A stretch of 64,000 bases of DNA from Diadema antillarum (lineage: Eukaryota): the NCBI RefSeq assembly GCF_040938485.1, contig NW_027270959.1:372001-436000 (forward strand), written 5' to 3'. Below the pieces are notes generated by a model, which was not told where the DNA came from, made no database searches, and saw nothing but the letters and a program-made list of their open reading frames with translations. Numbering within the stretch: the first letter of the stretch is position 1; every line of letters begins with the position of its first letter. Made by a program: the position numbers and the translations under genes. Positions 14,499 through 27,310 of this stretch are shown piece after piece.

Positions 14499-17400
14499 AC
14501 TCCTACCAGCGGTCGATTTGCGCACCAAATACATGCCCAATGAATCGAAAACAAACACAATTGGCGCAACATCCACCACGCACACGATATTATAGTTCTG
14601 CAAAGTCGGGCATACGGCCACTTTCCTCCTCGCCTTATGCCACGGTACGCTACAGCCACGTGCGTCGCCACTTAGCACGCCTTAAAGGTCAAAGGTTATA
14701 TCGTCCAAACCTACGCCTTTGAGTTGACGCTTCAAAAAGTTTCATGATTCGCAGTCATGTTTTTAGCCGATGTCCAAATATTAATTACTTACGGCAGATT
14801 TACCGATTTACCGCGTCACACGACCCATACGTGAGCAATTTGTTTGTTTGTTGGTTTGTTTTTTCTCTCTCTATTCCCCCTATCGAGCAGTGATTTCAAA
14901 CAACTTGTTGTGCAAGATAATTTACATAAATTTTTCATCAGTTGTTCTCTTGGTATTGAAATCGGGAGGGTTTCATTTTCATTTCGTTTCAAAATCTCTG
15001 TTCTAATACCCAGATATAATACGGTACCAGACCCCTCCAACTACAGAGACAAAAATGGAAATGCATTTGATTTGGCTGGTCCAAAAATCTTATTACAGGG
15101 AAAACTCTTTACTTCTCATTTCCTGTCAATCCCTGTCAACAGTGCGGATCAACGTCAGATCGACACAAAGACAGCGAAAAGATTGCCTTTTACTTGTTAC
15201 GTTGGGGGAGAAAAGAGAAAAAACAAACAACTAAGGTAAATCACCTTTCGATGAGGTAATAGTATACCAAGGGCTTTATCTCAGGTATGACGGTACTTCA
15301 TATCTCTCGCTTCCAAGTTTGGCGTACATGAGCTTCACGTCATAAAGGTCGATCGAAACGGTTAAAAAAAGGGACTGAAAATCTAAACATAAGTGTCTAA
15401 ATGTGGAAGGGAAAAAAATATCTGAAGCCATTGTCAGCTTCAACATGTCATATGGTTTCCTGTCAGCTTCCGAGGAGAGATAGTGAGAGACAGAGGTACT
15501 GTTTTGTTGCTTTATGTAAATATTATCTCGCGGAAGTACTAGTTTGCTGTTTATATCTGACATAAAAGGTAGCCATCCTTATCGACGCACAGTGAATGCA
15601 CAACGTTACACACTGAGAAAGAAGACTTCTCTACCACGAGTTGAAGAAAAAAAAAGTACTAGCTTTTTTTAGCAATATCTATCCTCAGGAGAAAGGGATT
15701 TGTAACGTCGTGTATTAACATGAGTTCGTTTCTTGCATTTCTGGCATTTAATTTTTCCCCTTTTCTATACTTACAGGCATAAAATATTACGATCAATTTA
15801 ATCCTTGTACAGCAATGATATTGGTCGTTCTTAAAAGTGACGAGATGTACTAATTACTATGCGAATTTTGATGATTATAATAACGATAATAATGTTAAAA
15901 TAACGATACCAATGATGATTTGTGTGACACAGATACTAATGACCTCAGCTGTAATTATGATTATGATAACAATAATGATAATGATAACAATGAACAAACC
16001 TAATTCCATTACTTGATATAGACACAATTTTAATAGTGGCAATAATTTCGTCCTTCTTCGTATTCTTACAAACGAATATATCCCTTTTGCAGATTTGTTT
16101 CCCTGTTTATGGGTCCTTTTATCAGGAGCTTTGGAATGTGCCGAATTTAACTCTTAGGTATGTTAGTTCTCAGTACGGCGTCAACAAAATTGATAAAATG
16201 GTATGGACAATAACAACAGCAATAATGGTTGTAATAATGATAGTAATGACATCAATAATATTAATGGTGATAAAGATAATTATTATTATCATTAGCATTA
16301 TTATGATAATGATTACAAAACTAATGGAGGTGTGACGCAATTAACAATTGTCCCTCTCTCACTTACGAGCACAAGTGTTGCCTTGTATCCAAGGCGGTTC
16401 GGGGATTCAACCTCAGTAAAAGGTCGCATGACTTCACTTTAAAGAAAAAATATGGACGGTTAAATGAGGTTGAGCCTGCCCTGTGGACAGCGACAGGATG
16501 TGTGCCACCGTAGCTAACATGCACAGACGGGTGCATGTCAAGCAGTCAAGAGACAACGAATCTGATAGATACCTGTGCTATGATACTGTATGCTCGGCAC
16601 GTACGAGAAAAATATACGAGTCACTCATACACGGCTGTACACTAACGCCCGTTTGGTTCCCAACAATTTCTCCTCCCTTATGTGCGTCGCTATACTATTT
16701 GCTATTTGTACAAGTAGTAGTTGTACTACTACTACGGTACGAGGGGGAAAATAGGAACGGCTTTGCTACGTCATATATTCATACGAATAAGTGGAACACA
16801 TAACAGCTATTTCATCAATAGGCATTATGCGAGTATACGCACTGCGCAGGCTAGTAGTGTGGAGATGTGCGGAGTGCGGGCGGCATTATACCCAGAAGAT
16901 ACATCTGCTGCTATTCTAGATTCGGGCCCTTCACCGCGTGGCAGTTTATTTCTCTACGTCAAAGACAGGTCGCACAGATATAGCACAGCAAATTTAATTT
17001 GTTTGTCTGGAGTATTGAGGTTATGTTTTCTTGGCCTACATATCGCTCGATAAAGGGTGAAAAAAGACTGCCGATAAGCATTTTGATCGAAACAGCTTTA
17101 TTCATACGAGGGATTTAATAAACAAAAAAGCGAACCCCGCGAGTCGTTTGGATTCTTTGCCCTGCTCTCTCTTTCTTCTTCTCACAATACATCACATTAC
17201 TCTTGATCATGCCTATGTGTATATAAGAACCGCAAAGACACAAGGAAGCCTCAAGATAACAAGGGATGGCCGTTGTATCGAGCTATGCACAGCGAGCTAA
17301 GCCAGAGCTATCGATATACGCACTATACGTAAAAGGCGCTTCACAAATTGACGGGCGTAGGTTAACAGTCGCTCCCCCTCCGTCCATGCTCAATCCCTTT

Positions 17401-20400
17401 CTTTAACCCTTATACCCTACGTTCTAATTCATTTAGACTTTAAGGTAGGTGTTTCCTCCCTCCCTTCTGTATTCCTTGTCTCGATAATTTACTCCTAAGA
17501 CAAAAGGGCAGACACGGAATCAGATTTTCAACTTCACCTCACCAACGTTGAAGCCATGTCGTCTTTTCGTATCAATTCTCATTCTACGTCGTAACTAACT
17601 TTTTTCCTTCATCGCTTTGTCATGCTTAGCTCTATGTGAGATCCTAAAATAATAGTTCATTAAATCACAACCAAACAGTTGACTGAATCTCGTTTTTTCC
17701 ACATAAATCAACCACCTCTTCGATTTTGTGTCATCTGACAGAAAATTAGGCACCCTGAGAATGGATGCCCCCATAAGCGAGCCCGTCGCCTTTCGCTAAC
17801 TCCCCTCCTTTTTCTCTCTGCAAAATGGAGCAGGGGGAAAAAAAATAGGGGGAAAATGCTCACGAGATGTCGCGAGTAAATTCTCATTGAGAAAGGCTGC
17901 CCAAATGAAATGGGTTAATTAGAGCTAATCGAGGCATTCATTCCGTTTTAATGCTTGGCGAGGGAACAAGGCGACGGGTGCAAAAAAAAAAATGAAGAAA
18001 AGATACACGTGTTGCATTTTTTTTTTCGTGCGTTTAGCGCGCCTCGTTTCTAACGGTTTAGTACGGCTTAACAACATCATAATGGTGTATGCCGCTTTCT
18101 AGTCCATGTGTCTAATTTTTTCACACATCAATAACGTCCTTATTCTACTGACAGAAAGTGGAAACCCGGTGACGTAGGAAAACACCAATGGCAAAAAAAA
18201 GAAATGAAATAAGTAACAATGACCACCTTTACGTGAAGTGTGAAATGGTGGTCACTCTACAATGCATTATCACGGTATATCAATATACGTGCTTACACAT
18301 TATAAGTTTCTATGTACTGTTTCTAACAATGAAGTTGTATAACACAGCATTCTTTGACGGCTAAGAATTTCCCCTGAATACAATTTCACATCTAAACGCT
18401 GTAAACAATTTTGAGTTTATTCACTTTCTACTTGGTTATTGTTCATAATATCTGGCTTTTTGTTATCTTTGTGTCTAAATTACCATTCTCATTTCTCCAA
18501 ATGAATATGTCGGAACTGTGGACAAACTTCAGCGATGTTTTAAATGGTATGCCGAAAAGAACTAAAGTCGTCTAGTCATGTAGACAAATTTAATGACCTA
18601 AGCGTAGATGTAGCAATATATTATATCCAGCACTCTCCTAAAATCCCAACGTTTTATTATGTTGGACACACGACTGTAAATATGGGCGCTTTATTCGTTT
18701 AGAGCGATGAAATTACAGATGTAACTTACGTACATGCCGTGTTGACGCTACTTCTTATTTTTGCTTGCAGTTATGAAATTCATGGTTAGCACTCTACTGA
18801 ACATAAGTTCGGTGTCCCCTTCAAGTAAATTGTTTATTGCCTGAAGTAATGTAATGCGGGAGCGTTTTTCCTGATCTCTGTTAATCATCAAGGTTTACGC
18901 AAACGAAGAGGGAGAGCGAGATAGAAAAGGAGGGAGAGCGAGATAGAAAAGGAGAGAGAGGGAGAGAAATCGGGGGATAGAGAGAGAGGAAATGGAGAAA
19001 AGAAATGCTGGTATGTATAACTTTTTTTTTTCTCTGAGTCATTTTTATCTTCAATATTTCTTGAGGATTTCCTCTATGTAATATTATTTCCCGTTCATCT
19101 CATACCGTCCACATGATTGGATCTTTAAATAGGACGGAAGGGGTACATTTTTTTCACATGAACTTCCATTTTGCTGGTAGAGCTAAACTAATGTAGGTAG
19201 CACATGATCCTCGTGGTAGTAAGAAAGAAAACAGCATCCGAAATTGAGGTCACTAATGTGGAGACTGCGTATCAAACGTGACTAGTTCAATGGGTTCACT
19301 CCTGTACTGCGTGAATATCGTATAACCTATCAACTTCTTTGTTACCTCGGCAGGATTGCCACATCTCAAACTTGGAATATTTTACTTTTAACTCATAACC
19401 ATATCGATATGCAAGTCTAGCACGCGGTATCGCCTATCGTTTGATCGAGGAAAAACCCCAAATGGCAAGAACGATCTCAAAGGGAAAGAGAGATGACTTT
19501 TCCAAAGCTGCCTTGTCAATGAGTACAAGACCATTATGTGATGAACCTATGATGAACAATTTCGCTTGTCTGTCTTCTTATCTGAAAACTTCACTGAAAC
19601 CAATGATTTGAGTCCTGCACTAGTGTAAAAAGGTACCCAAATCGAAATAATGGCAACATAGTATAACATAGTATAATAAATCGTCAGTAGATACCGCACC
19701 ACAATAAAGAAAACTTTTTTTGTCGTTGTTGTTTCCTATTTGCAGAAATACTAAATTGATCTGGGATATCTTTTACACCTTTTCAGCCATTAATGATTAA
19801 GTAATATCACGACTACGGGACTGCAATTTGTATTAGAGATGTAAAATACGCCGTGTGACGGGAGAAGACGTGAAAACGCTAAGACGGAGGTTCTAGGCCT
19901 GACACTGTCTGACCTAGAACTGAACTGATCTGAACTCTCAATCCGGTAGATATGAGGCTTTGTCGCTGCTGAAAAGGAGGAACCTGCTAAACTCGACGAC
20001 CCAGCCGTGCAAGTACACGCGAAACGATATAATAACGTTCGCGAGAAATGCCACAAGGGACTAAACGCAAGATGGAGTATTACCTACTCAAAAACCTACA
20101 CCCCGACCAATAGCCCTGTGTGTGTCTACCCAAGACACTGCCGTTTCATCCAGTCGATTTTTTCTTCGCGCATGGAGTGATGGAATGACAATCGCAAATG
20201 ACAATCTTGAGCTGCTACCTGAACAGCTTCCTGAACATTAAAAACTGGAAAAAAAAGTTGTTTCTTTCTTCTTTGATACTAGCAGTCGCTGTTTCTTATC
20301 AACCTTCGCCCCACTATAAGCTGACTGCTGAGACGTTTATCACGCTCAATCGATGGCAGAACACGCGTTTTTCGAATCTCTCTCAATATTTGTTCGTTTT

Positions 20401-21999
20401 GTAAAATATCGATTCTTTTTCTCGCAGCCTGAACCGTCCGTATTGCGCCGCAATCAAACATCAAAAAATATCGCCCAGAATGAGAAGGGATAAGATTAAA
20501 ATTCCCCCGGGAAGTATTTACTAGTCCTCGTCCTTCTTCTTTTTCTTTTTAATGCTAATTGTTTCGGGTCTTTGCAATGCTACCCACGCGGAGCCGGCGG
20601 CGATGTAATAAGAGCAATCGCGTATACTCTCAACACATTCAAGATACACGACAAAACGACCAACCAAATAAACACGAACTGCAAATACACTTACGAGAGA
20701 TTTTCCAAGTACAAATTTTGGTCTATTGTTCGCAAAGACAACCTGGTCAATTTCTCTCGACAAGGCGGTGATATAATAAACCTCAACACATTTGTTTGTT
20801 TGTTTGTTTGTTTTCTCTACAAAGAATTGCACTGTTTATAATTTGCCACGGTTATTTCTCTGTTTTAGTACCACCGAGACAGAATAAGATCGTAAAACAA
20901 AACAAAAAAACGAAAGATCGATATACATAATGTCATATTTAACCCTCACACAACTTTCACGTAAATGAAGACAGAAATGCATTAACAGCTTTCGTCACAA
21001 GCTAACGGAAATGTAGATCTATTTTTTTTTCACAGTCTCAAACCTTCAAACTAAAACGAGTGAAGTTTAAGAGCATTATGTGGTCAATTCAAACACGATT
21101 GTCCGATGATTTTCTAAGCTGTGAATGCAAATACAAGTGCATACAAAAAATAAACAATGGATTACAGGTAGGACATTATCATCTGTAGTGGACACGTGCA
21201 ACACATTATTTACGAAGACAGGATTTTTTTTTTCTCTGAAATAATCAGAGAGTTTTCTACATTTCTGTGGTTTCACCTTCTTTTGGAATATTCTCTTTGC
21301 ACTGTTTGATATGGTTTCTTTACTTGATGCGATTGTCCACTTCTCAGATGCGTATTATTTTCCTTTCAGCATTTTGTTTAGTTTAATCTCATTTTGATTT
21401 ATCTGCCGGGGTGAGTTCCGCTGCTCATGAAGTGAGGAGGTGGTAAAATTTCACATGACGGTAAAACGCTATGTCACGAATTGATTTGAACTGAACATAC
21501 ACAAAATATGCTTATGATTACCATACCGGGAACACTGAATATTCCACAGATTTATATGTAACACCAGAGAAAAATTAAACAAAGGAAGAGGAGAAAATAA
21601 ACTAGACAGGATAGATATTGCGTACCCCAGCATTTACTCTATGGGAGCTGGCATTCACATACGTGGAGACTTGTTGAATCATCTAACATCATACATACAC
21701 ACGGAAGAACACGATATCAAATTCTCGTCGTGGTTTCAATTCTTATCGTCTACATTGAATTGCATTGAGATAAAACTATGTAAATGGTCTATATAAGCTT
21801 GTTTTTTCTTCATTTTTCAACAGAATAAACCCTGTTTCATTCCCACGGCAAAACAAATCTATCCAGGAGCTCAACCAGGGTAGTAGTATGTCAACGTGTT
21901 CAGTGTCCTTCACCTCGATTTCGAGGGAAAACGGGAGAAAAATAATACCTGCACTCTACTGTTGGGAGAAACCAATTAGAAAAAAAAAAAGAATCTTAA

Positions 22000-22467
22000 C
22001 CCCTTGAGACGTACGCTCGTCGTCTGTACAAAACTGGAGTTGGGTCAACAGTGAGAGAGGCTTACAGCAGAATTTATTTTTTACATGCACTTGAGTTCTT
22101 TGGCAATGCGTTTCCTTCGATATAGATCATGAACATATTAAATCTGTCTTTTGTGCGTTAACACTCCATTTCACACATTTAAGATATATCCACTTGCTTC
22201 GACATAAAAAATATATCACAGATACATTAACATAAAAACGTACAGTTAAAATCCAACTATCATATTTCGTAATATTTTCATATATCTCTGCAAATTTACC
22301 GACCCTTTTGCCCGAGGGATGCTATTGTATTTAAATCATGATGGAAGTTTTTGCGGGTTTCCGAATTTCACAGTGAGCATGGAAGGCTCAGTTTGAGCAA
22401 AATGGGGTAGTAGAAATGGTGGTTCAAACACAATTCACTTGACTTTCTAATTTATCTGTCTAAGGGG
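22000..22467. mobile_element. Possible degenerate piggyBac-like MITE
   Basis: The left end TTAA-CCCCTTGAGAC (21996-22010) is matched imperfectly by GTCT-AAGGGG-TGA at 22458-22470. The right TTAA is decayed. Confidence 0.35.
22073..22078 (-). terminator. Candidate foxD polyadenylation signal (AATAAA on the minus strand)
   Basis: First TTTATT I found below the foxD stop codon, implying a ~1.6 kb 3' UTR. It lies inside a putative MITE and has no transcript support. Confidence 0.2.
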
Positions 22468-23687
22468 TGAGTGTAACAAAAATTGAAGGAAAATCAAATC
22501 AATTCAAGGAATAGCTTCTTTTTTTTTTTTCCAGTACCTGTAACTCACGTGCTCATTGCTATACTTTTTCATCTTGATGAATGAGATCACATGATTACCA
22601 CATCGTCACATCATTAACTAATATAGTTTTATAGAATCCAAAATCACCTGCCATACATTTTTGCTGCCATAACCTACGTAAGGGGAAACAACATATCTAG
22701 TGAGTGACCACGGATACACTTTGAGACTCCAAACAGACAAAAACATGAATTCTCTCAAAAATATGGCATCAATGTCAACATGAGGATAATTCCTCGCGAA
22801 GAGCATATTTTGCTGAATTTTCTCATTTCGTTTTAAAACGCGGGTAATGAATGATTACACCACCTTATCCACACTTTACTACAATACCCGACAAGATAAT
22901 CACTAAAGCCTCTTTATCTTCTTTTTAGTCTCAAAGACGACATAAAAAAAAGAAACAGAGAAATTCTCTCTCGTATTTCTTCCATTTTAGTTGCCACTGT
23001 ACCATTGTAACCCATAACACTTTTCCATAGCACACATTACTGTTATCTCTCATAACTCTCGACTTAATACAGAAGGAGGATCAATGCTCTCCTAAATTCT
23101 ATGTTAAGCTTTGTTTTGGTTCATCATTATATATTTACAAATCTACAAAGTCGTTTCTGTGGAATACCCTTATGATTGAGAAGTCAGAACGTGGCAGTGG
23201 ACTTACGCACATTCCATGGCCACAGCCGAGTCAGACACAGTTAAGTCCACGGCGCTGCCCGCCGGAGCTCCCCGGTCGCTAGTCGGTACCATCCCGCTAC
23301 GCCGCTGCATCCCTGTAACATCGCCTCTTTCAAAATATCGAAACTGATTTTTACACGTTTTTAGGCGTATCAATTTCATCGCTTTTTTTGGCGAGATTTG
23401 GTGCACGCTTGAAGTCAGACAGCTGAATTGTTTCTGTATTATCGAAGACTCGCTCGATGGTTTCACCACGTTGTCATGCACACTTCATTTTTTAACACAT
23501 GTGATGTAGGAATACAGCGTTGAATTTGCGCAGAATACCTGGCTGCTCGGCGTCCTGATATTATTGTCCGGGGTGAACTAGACGCGACATCTTCTAATCC
23601 CAGCCGAAGAATCACCCTATTCTCTTTAGCATTAAGTGATGTTGGAGGAACAAAATGAAACATTTGTCTCTCTACAGTCTGCTATTG

Positions 23688-24863
23688 CTAACGCCAACTG
23701 CACGAGGAGGTCGGAATTCGCGTACATTGAAAGCAGTCTCTGTATTTCATCAGCTCCAGTGCGGGTGGAACGGGCGCGGTGAATGCAGAGCCTGGCCCTG
23801 TATGTAACGGTGCCAGCACAGCGGCTGACGTATTCATCGCTAGTAAGCTCGCCGGCGGGCCCCCAGTGGCGGTGAGTGCCGTACAGGTAGTGGCGGTGCT
23901 CGTAGTTGTCGGCGCGCTGCTGCCCTTGAGTAGGCTGTCGATCGTGAAGGTAGCCCGGCTTGTCGGCGAGGTGGTCGACACGTTCCCGCCGGTAAGACCC
24001 ACGTTTAGCAGGCTACTTAGAGCCCCATTGTCCAGGCTTTGATGTGCCGTCGCAGGGAGGGGTAGTGCGACCGGTGGGGGTATGGGAGATACGAAATGGT
24101 AAGGCAATAACGTGTGCGGGTGGTGAGGGTGGGGAATACCTCCCATGGTGTAGCCAAACGGCCGACTCGTGAGCCCATACGGGCCGGCCATAAAGGGACC
24201 GTTATCTCTTAAAAAATCGGGTTGCTGCCTCTTATACCTCTTTCTCCTCCTCAAAAATGACCCGTTATCGAACATGTCCTCACTGGCTGGGTCCAGGGTC
24301 CAGTAGTTGCCCTTACCTGGGTTTCCCGGCTCACGGGGGATCTTGATAAAACAGTCATTCAGCGACAAATTGTGTCGTATGCTATTCTGCCAGACAGGGA
24401 ATTTCTCCCTGTAGTACGGAAATCGATTCATGATGAACTCACAAATTCCACTGAGTGTCAGTCTTTTCTGAGGTGATTGCAGGATCGCCATTGTGATAAG
24501 AGCTATGTACGAATAGGGCGGTTTCACCAAATTCGCCTTCTTCTTGTCGTCTGCCGAGTTTTTCGAGTCGTCGGCTTTGACGTCGACATCGTCCTTCTCC
24601 GAGCCCGCCGACAACGCCGAAGGAGAGTCGCGATCGTGTGTCATATCCACCTCGACATCGTCCGGCTCAGAGCCCACCGCCTCTTCCGAGCACCGCGAAT
24701 CGTCGGCAAAGCCGGCTGACTTGGGCAGGTAAATATCCCGCGAGTCCACCACGGCGGCGGCAATGCTGTGGCCCACCAACTCAGGCTTCCGACAGTCGCC
24801 CTGCTGTTCGCTTCCAGCACGGATGTTTATCCCTTCCATCACGTCCCCAGCGTTCACGATCAT
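23688..24863 (-). CDS. foxD: Forkhead box class D transcription factor, single-exon ORF, 391 aa
   Basis: ATG at 24863. The forkhead domain lies at 24228-24524: [99 protein letters not shown]. The [65 protein letters not shown] pattern is diagnostic of FoxD. The N-terminus is acidic, the C-terminus is Pro/Ala/Thr-rich, and an eh1-like FTIDSLL motif lies at 23928-23948. Confidence 0.97.
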   Translation of the reverse strand: MIVNAGDVMEGINIRAGSEQQGDCRKPELVGHSIAAAVVDSRDIYLPKSAGFADDSRCSEEAVGSEPDDVEVDMTHDRDSPSALSAGSEKDDVDVKADDSKNSADDKKKANLVKPPYSYIALITMAILQSPQKRLTLSGICEFIMNRFPYYREKFPVWQNSIRHNLSLNDCFIKIPREPGNPGKGNYWTLDPASEDMFDNGSFLRRRKRYKRQQPDFLRDNGPFMAGPYGLTSRPFGYTMGGIPHPHHPHTLLPYHFVSPIPPPVALPLPATAHQSLDNGALSSLLNVGLTGGNVSTTSPTSRATFTIDSLLKGSSAPTTTSTATTCTALTATGGPPASLLAMNTSAAVLAPLHTGPGSAFTAPVPPALELMKYRDCFQCTRIPTSSCSWR

Positions 24864-25139
24864 TGCTGGAATTCAAAGCCCCTGATGCGATGTACGATTT
24901 TTGGGCGAGCGTCTCACTGCTCACTGTTTATCCCACAACCCGGCCAGAGGATCTCAACAAAGTTACCACTCTCCACGCGGCCTATAAACCAAAGTCGGAT
25001 GTTGAAAGAGGACAGGTGAGTACAATGGGGTTGACCGAGAAATCAGGTACGAGTGCTCGGGTGCTGATTGTATATGTGTATCCTGGCGGCCGACTCAGCA
25101 CCTTCATTCTTCCTCGCCGGTGTGCTCGTCCCTAGTAGT

Positions 25140-25300
25140 CATGTTTTGAGTGGACTGAGTCACGTGGTTCCAGACGCCTGTCATTTGTCGGTCGTTCCTG
25201 CTTCATTTACATATCAATGAGCGCGCAACTTAGTAGTGAACGCCTCTCCCGATAATTAGGTGATTGGAGAGGGCAAACAATGGCGAGTAGCGAATCAGGC
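25140..25300 (-). promoter_or_regulatory. Probable foxD core/proximal promoter
   Basis: CpG-rich block 280-440 bp upstream of the ATG. It contains a CCAAT box (plus-strand ATTGG 25263-25267), Sox site AACAATG 25276-25282, octamer-like ATGTAAAT on the minus strand near 25205-25212, overlapping TGAGTCA/CACGTG 25156-25166, and an Inr-like TCAGT on the minus strand near 25154-25158. The TSS is not determined. Confidence 0.5.
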
Positions 25301-27258
25301 TGCGCGAAACTCTCCGCGGAAGAAATGGCCAGTGATACGGGATGAATCTCTAGAAGAAAACGAAGCAAAACCAGCTTCAGGATACCTCGATTTCTTCTGC
25401 TCTGCCCACCTCGACTTGATTTTGTTGACAGTTGAGTGTAGTAGACACGAGATAAAGTGAGCTGGTATTAGCGATCAACCCCTTGCCCTGTTGATCTAGC
25501 TCCGGCCTACCCACGAAGAAATATACAGAGTTCCCTTTGATCATTTTTTCCCCTCACTCCGTGAACATCGGCTACTGACTTGGGTGACGGTCGCTCCACA
25601 CAGCGCCCTCAATCGGCAAATACCAACCAGAGCTGTGGAACACTTTCACTTTTTCACTGACAAATTTAGGAGTCGGGATGAGAAATCACGTTGATGCTCA
25701 TAAGTCACCTGATGATTTCCCATATTAAATTCCTTTCCAACTGCTTAAAATTATGACAACCAATTCACAGAAAAAAAAAAAGACACTGTAAATTTTTATC
25801 ATAAGCTCTGTCTCATTTGCACACGAATTTAAAGGCACGGTTGTCTAACGGAGGGGCCATTCGGTCAGTGAGGGTGGAGTACAGATAATCATTCAATATG
25901 GATAAATCAATAATCAACTATAATTCTTGATAATGGACAACTGCAGTTGAGAAGGATTAGATGATTAAAAAAAATAATGTCGCATGAACACGGATTGAAA
26001 TCTTGGATAACATTACGTTGAATGATCATGATAAAGACAATGTAGTTATTTTCTTTGTAAGTAACAGGCCATAATATCGTGTTGTAAATGTCCAACTGAC
26101 CATTTTTCTTCATGCAAATGATGAAAACAATCATAACCGTCTTCATTAAAACAACAATTGTTAGTAGGTATGAAAGAGGAGCAACAGTGAGCGAATTTAA
26201 GGACAAAGATTAATTTATATGTCATAATCATCATTTTAAAAATTCAATCATTTTGTATGTCATGTAACAGCATGTTATGTGCTCATTTTGTGATGAAATT
26301 TTGTGGAAAATATCAGAATACGTAAAAAGTATTCAGATTCTCGGGGAAGGAAATGCATGAAATATTTTTCTTTTACATGGTATCCTTTTTCAAGAACAAG
26401 CTCTAGAAGTTTCAAGTAGCAATGAAGGTGGATATTTTTACGTAATTCGACTCGAAACATGAGTTTGACGCAATTGCAAATGTACTGTACATGTGTACGC
26501 ATGCATGACACTGCTGTATACAGCGCAGACTTACCGCCTTACCTCCTATTCGTTAGCGAACAGACAGACGATAGACGTGCATCGCAATAATGTTTCCTGC
26601 ACCCTGGCGATTTGTTGACTGTTCGTGGGCCGACGTTCGGATAAAAGAGGGCGCACTGTAACAAAAGTTAACGGTGTGCCGGGACGAACCGAGACTTGTC
26701 GCGTCGACGCGGGTTTAGACTGCGCACAGTTGTTGAACAACGCTGCACTCGTATTCTTCTCGGTTACTAAATTGCTAAGCAAGAAGAATGTATCAGCGAT
26801 TTATTTTTAATACTTTAAAGTCAATGACAGGTTGTTGTTTTTTTCTTAACTGATTTTGGCAAATAGTCATCTCGTTCAATCACTCTCCGATTTCTTCTGC
26901 ACACCACGTTCGGCTGGCATCGGAAGGGGTGGCGAATCATAATTAATGTCGTATAACATTTCTGCCTAATTGTAATCATGTTAATAAACTAGCATTCTTA
27001 GAAAGATTTTAAAAATAAGAAATGGAACACTCTTTTCAACATACGGATAAGAAAGGGAAAGACACGCCAGCTACGACACTGAAAGGAATAACATTTGACC
27101 AAAGCTGTAAAGGTTATATTTTTTGTTGAAGAGTAGAAGATGAAAGTATTGATTACCGAACTCAATGAAGGAGAGAATTCCATTTTATTTTTTAATGATA
27201 CGGTATGTTTAGTGATCCCCACTTCCTTGACGTTTCTGGGGCTCCAAATTGTTGTTTG

Positions 27259-27259
27259 G

Positions 27260-27309
<50 letters not shown>

Positions 27310-27310
27310 G
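27259..27310. repeat. (GTT)n microsatellite
   Basis: Direct reading; pure array. Confidence 0.95.

Noticed and set aside
19890-19920. Small hairpins GTTCTAGG/CCTAGAAC here and TATCCATA/TATGGATA at 1806-1824
   Set aside because: 8-bp stems with short loops are expected several times by chance in 64 kb.
24638-25135. 165-aa plus-strand ORF antisense to foxD (and the other short antisense ORFs at 23779-25019)
   Set aside because: Shadow ORFs of GC-rich coding and leader sequence; the 165-aa one has a non-ATG start and none has a recognisable domain.
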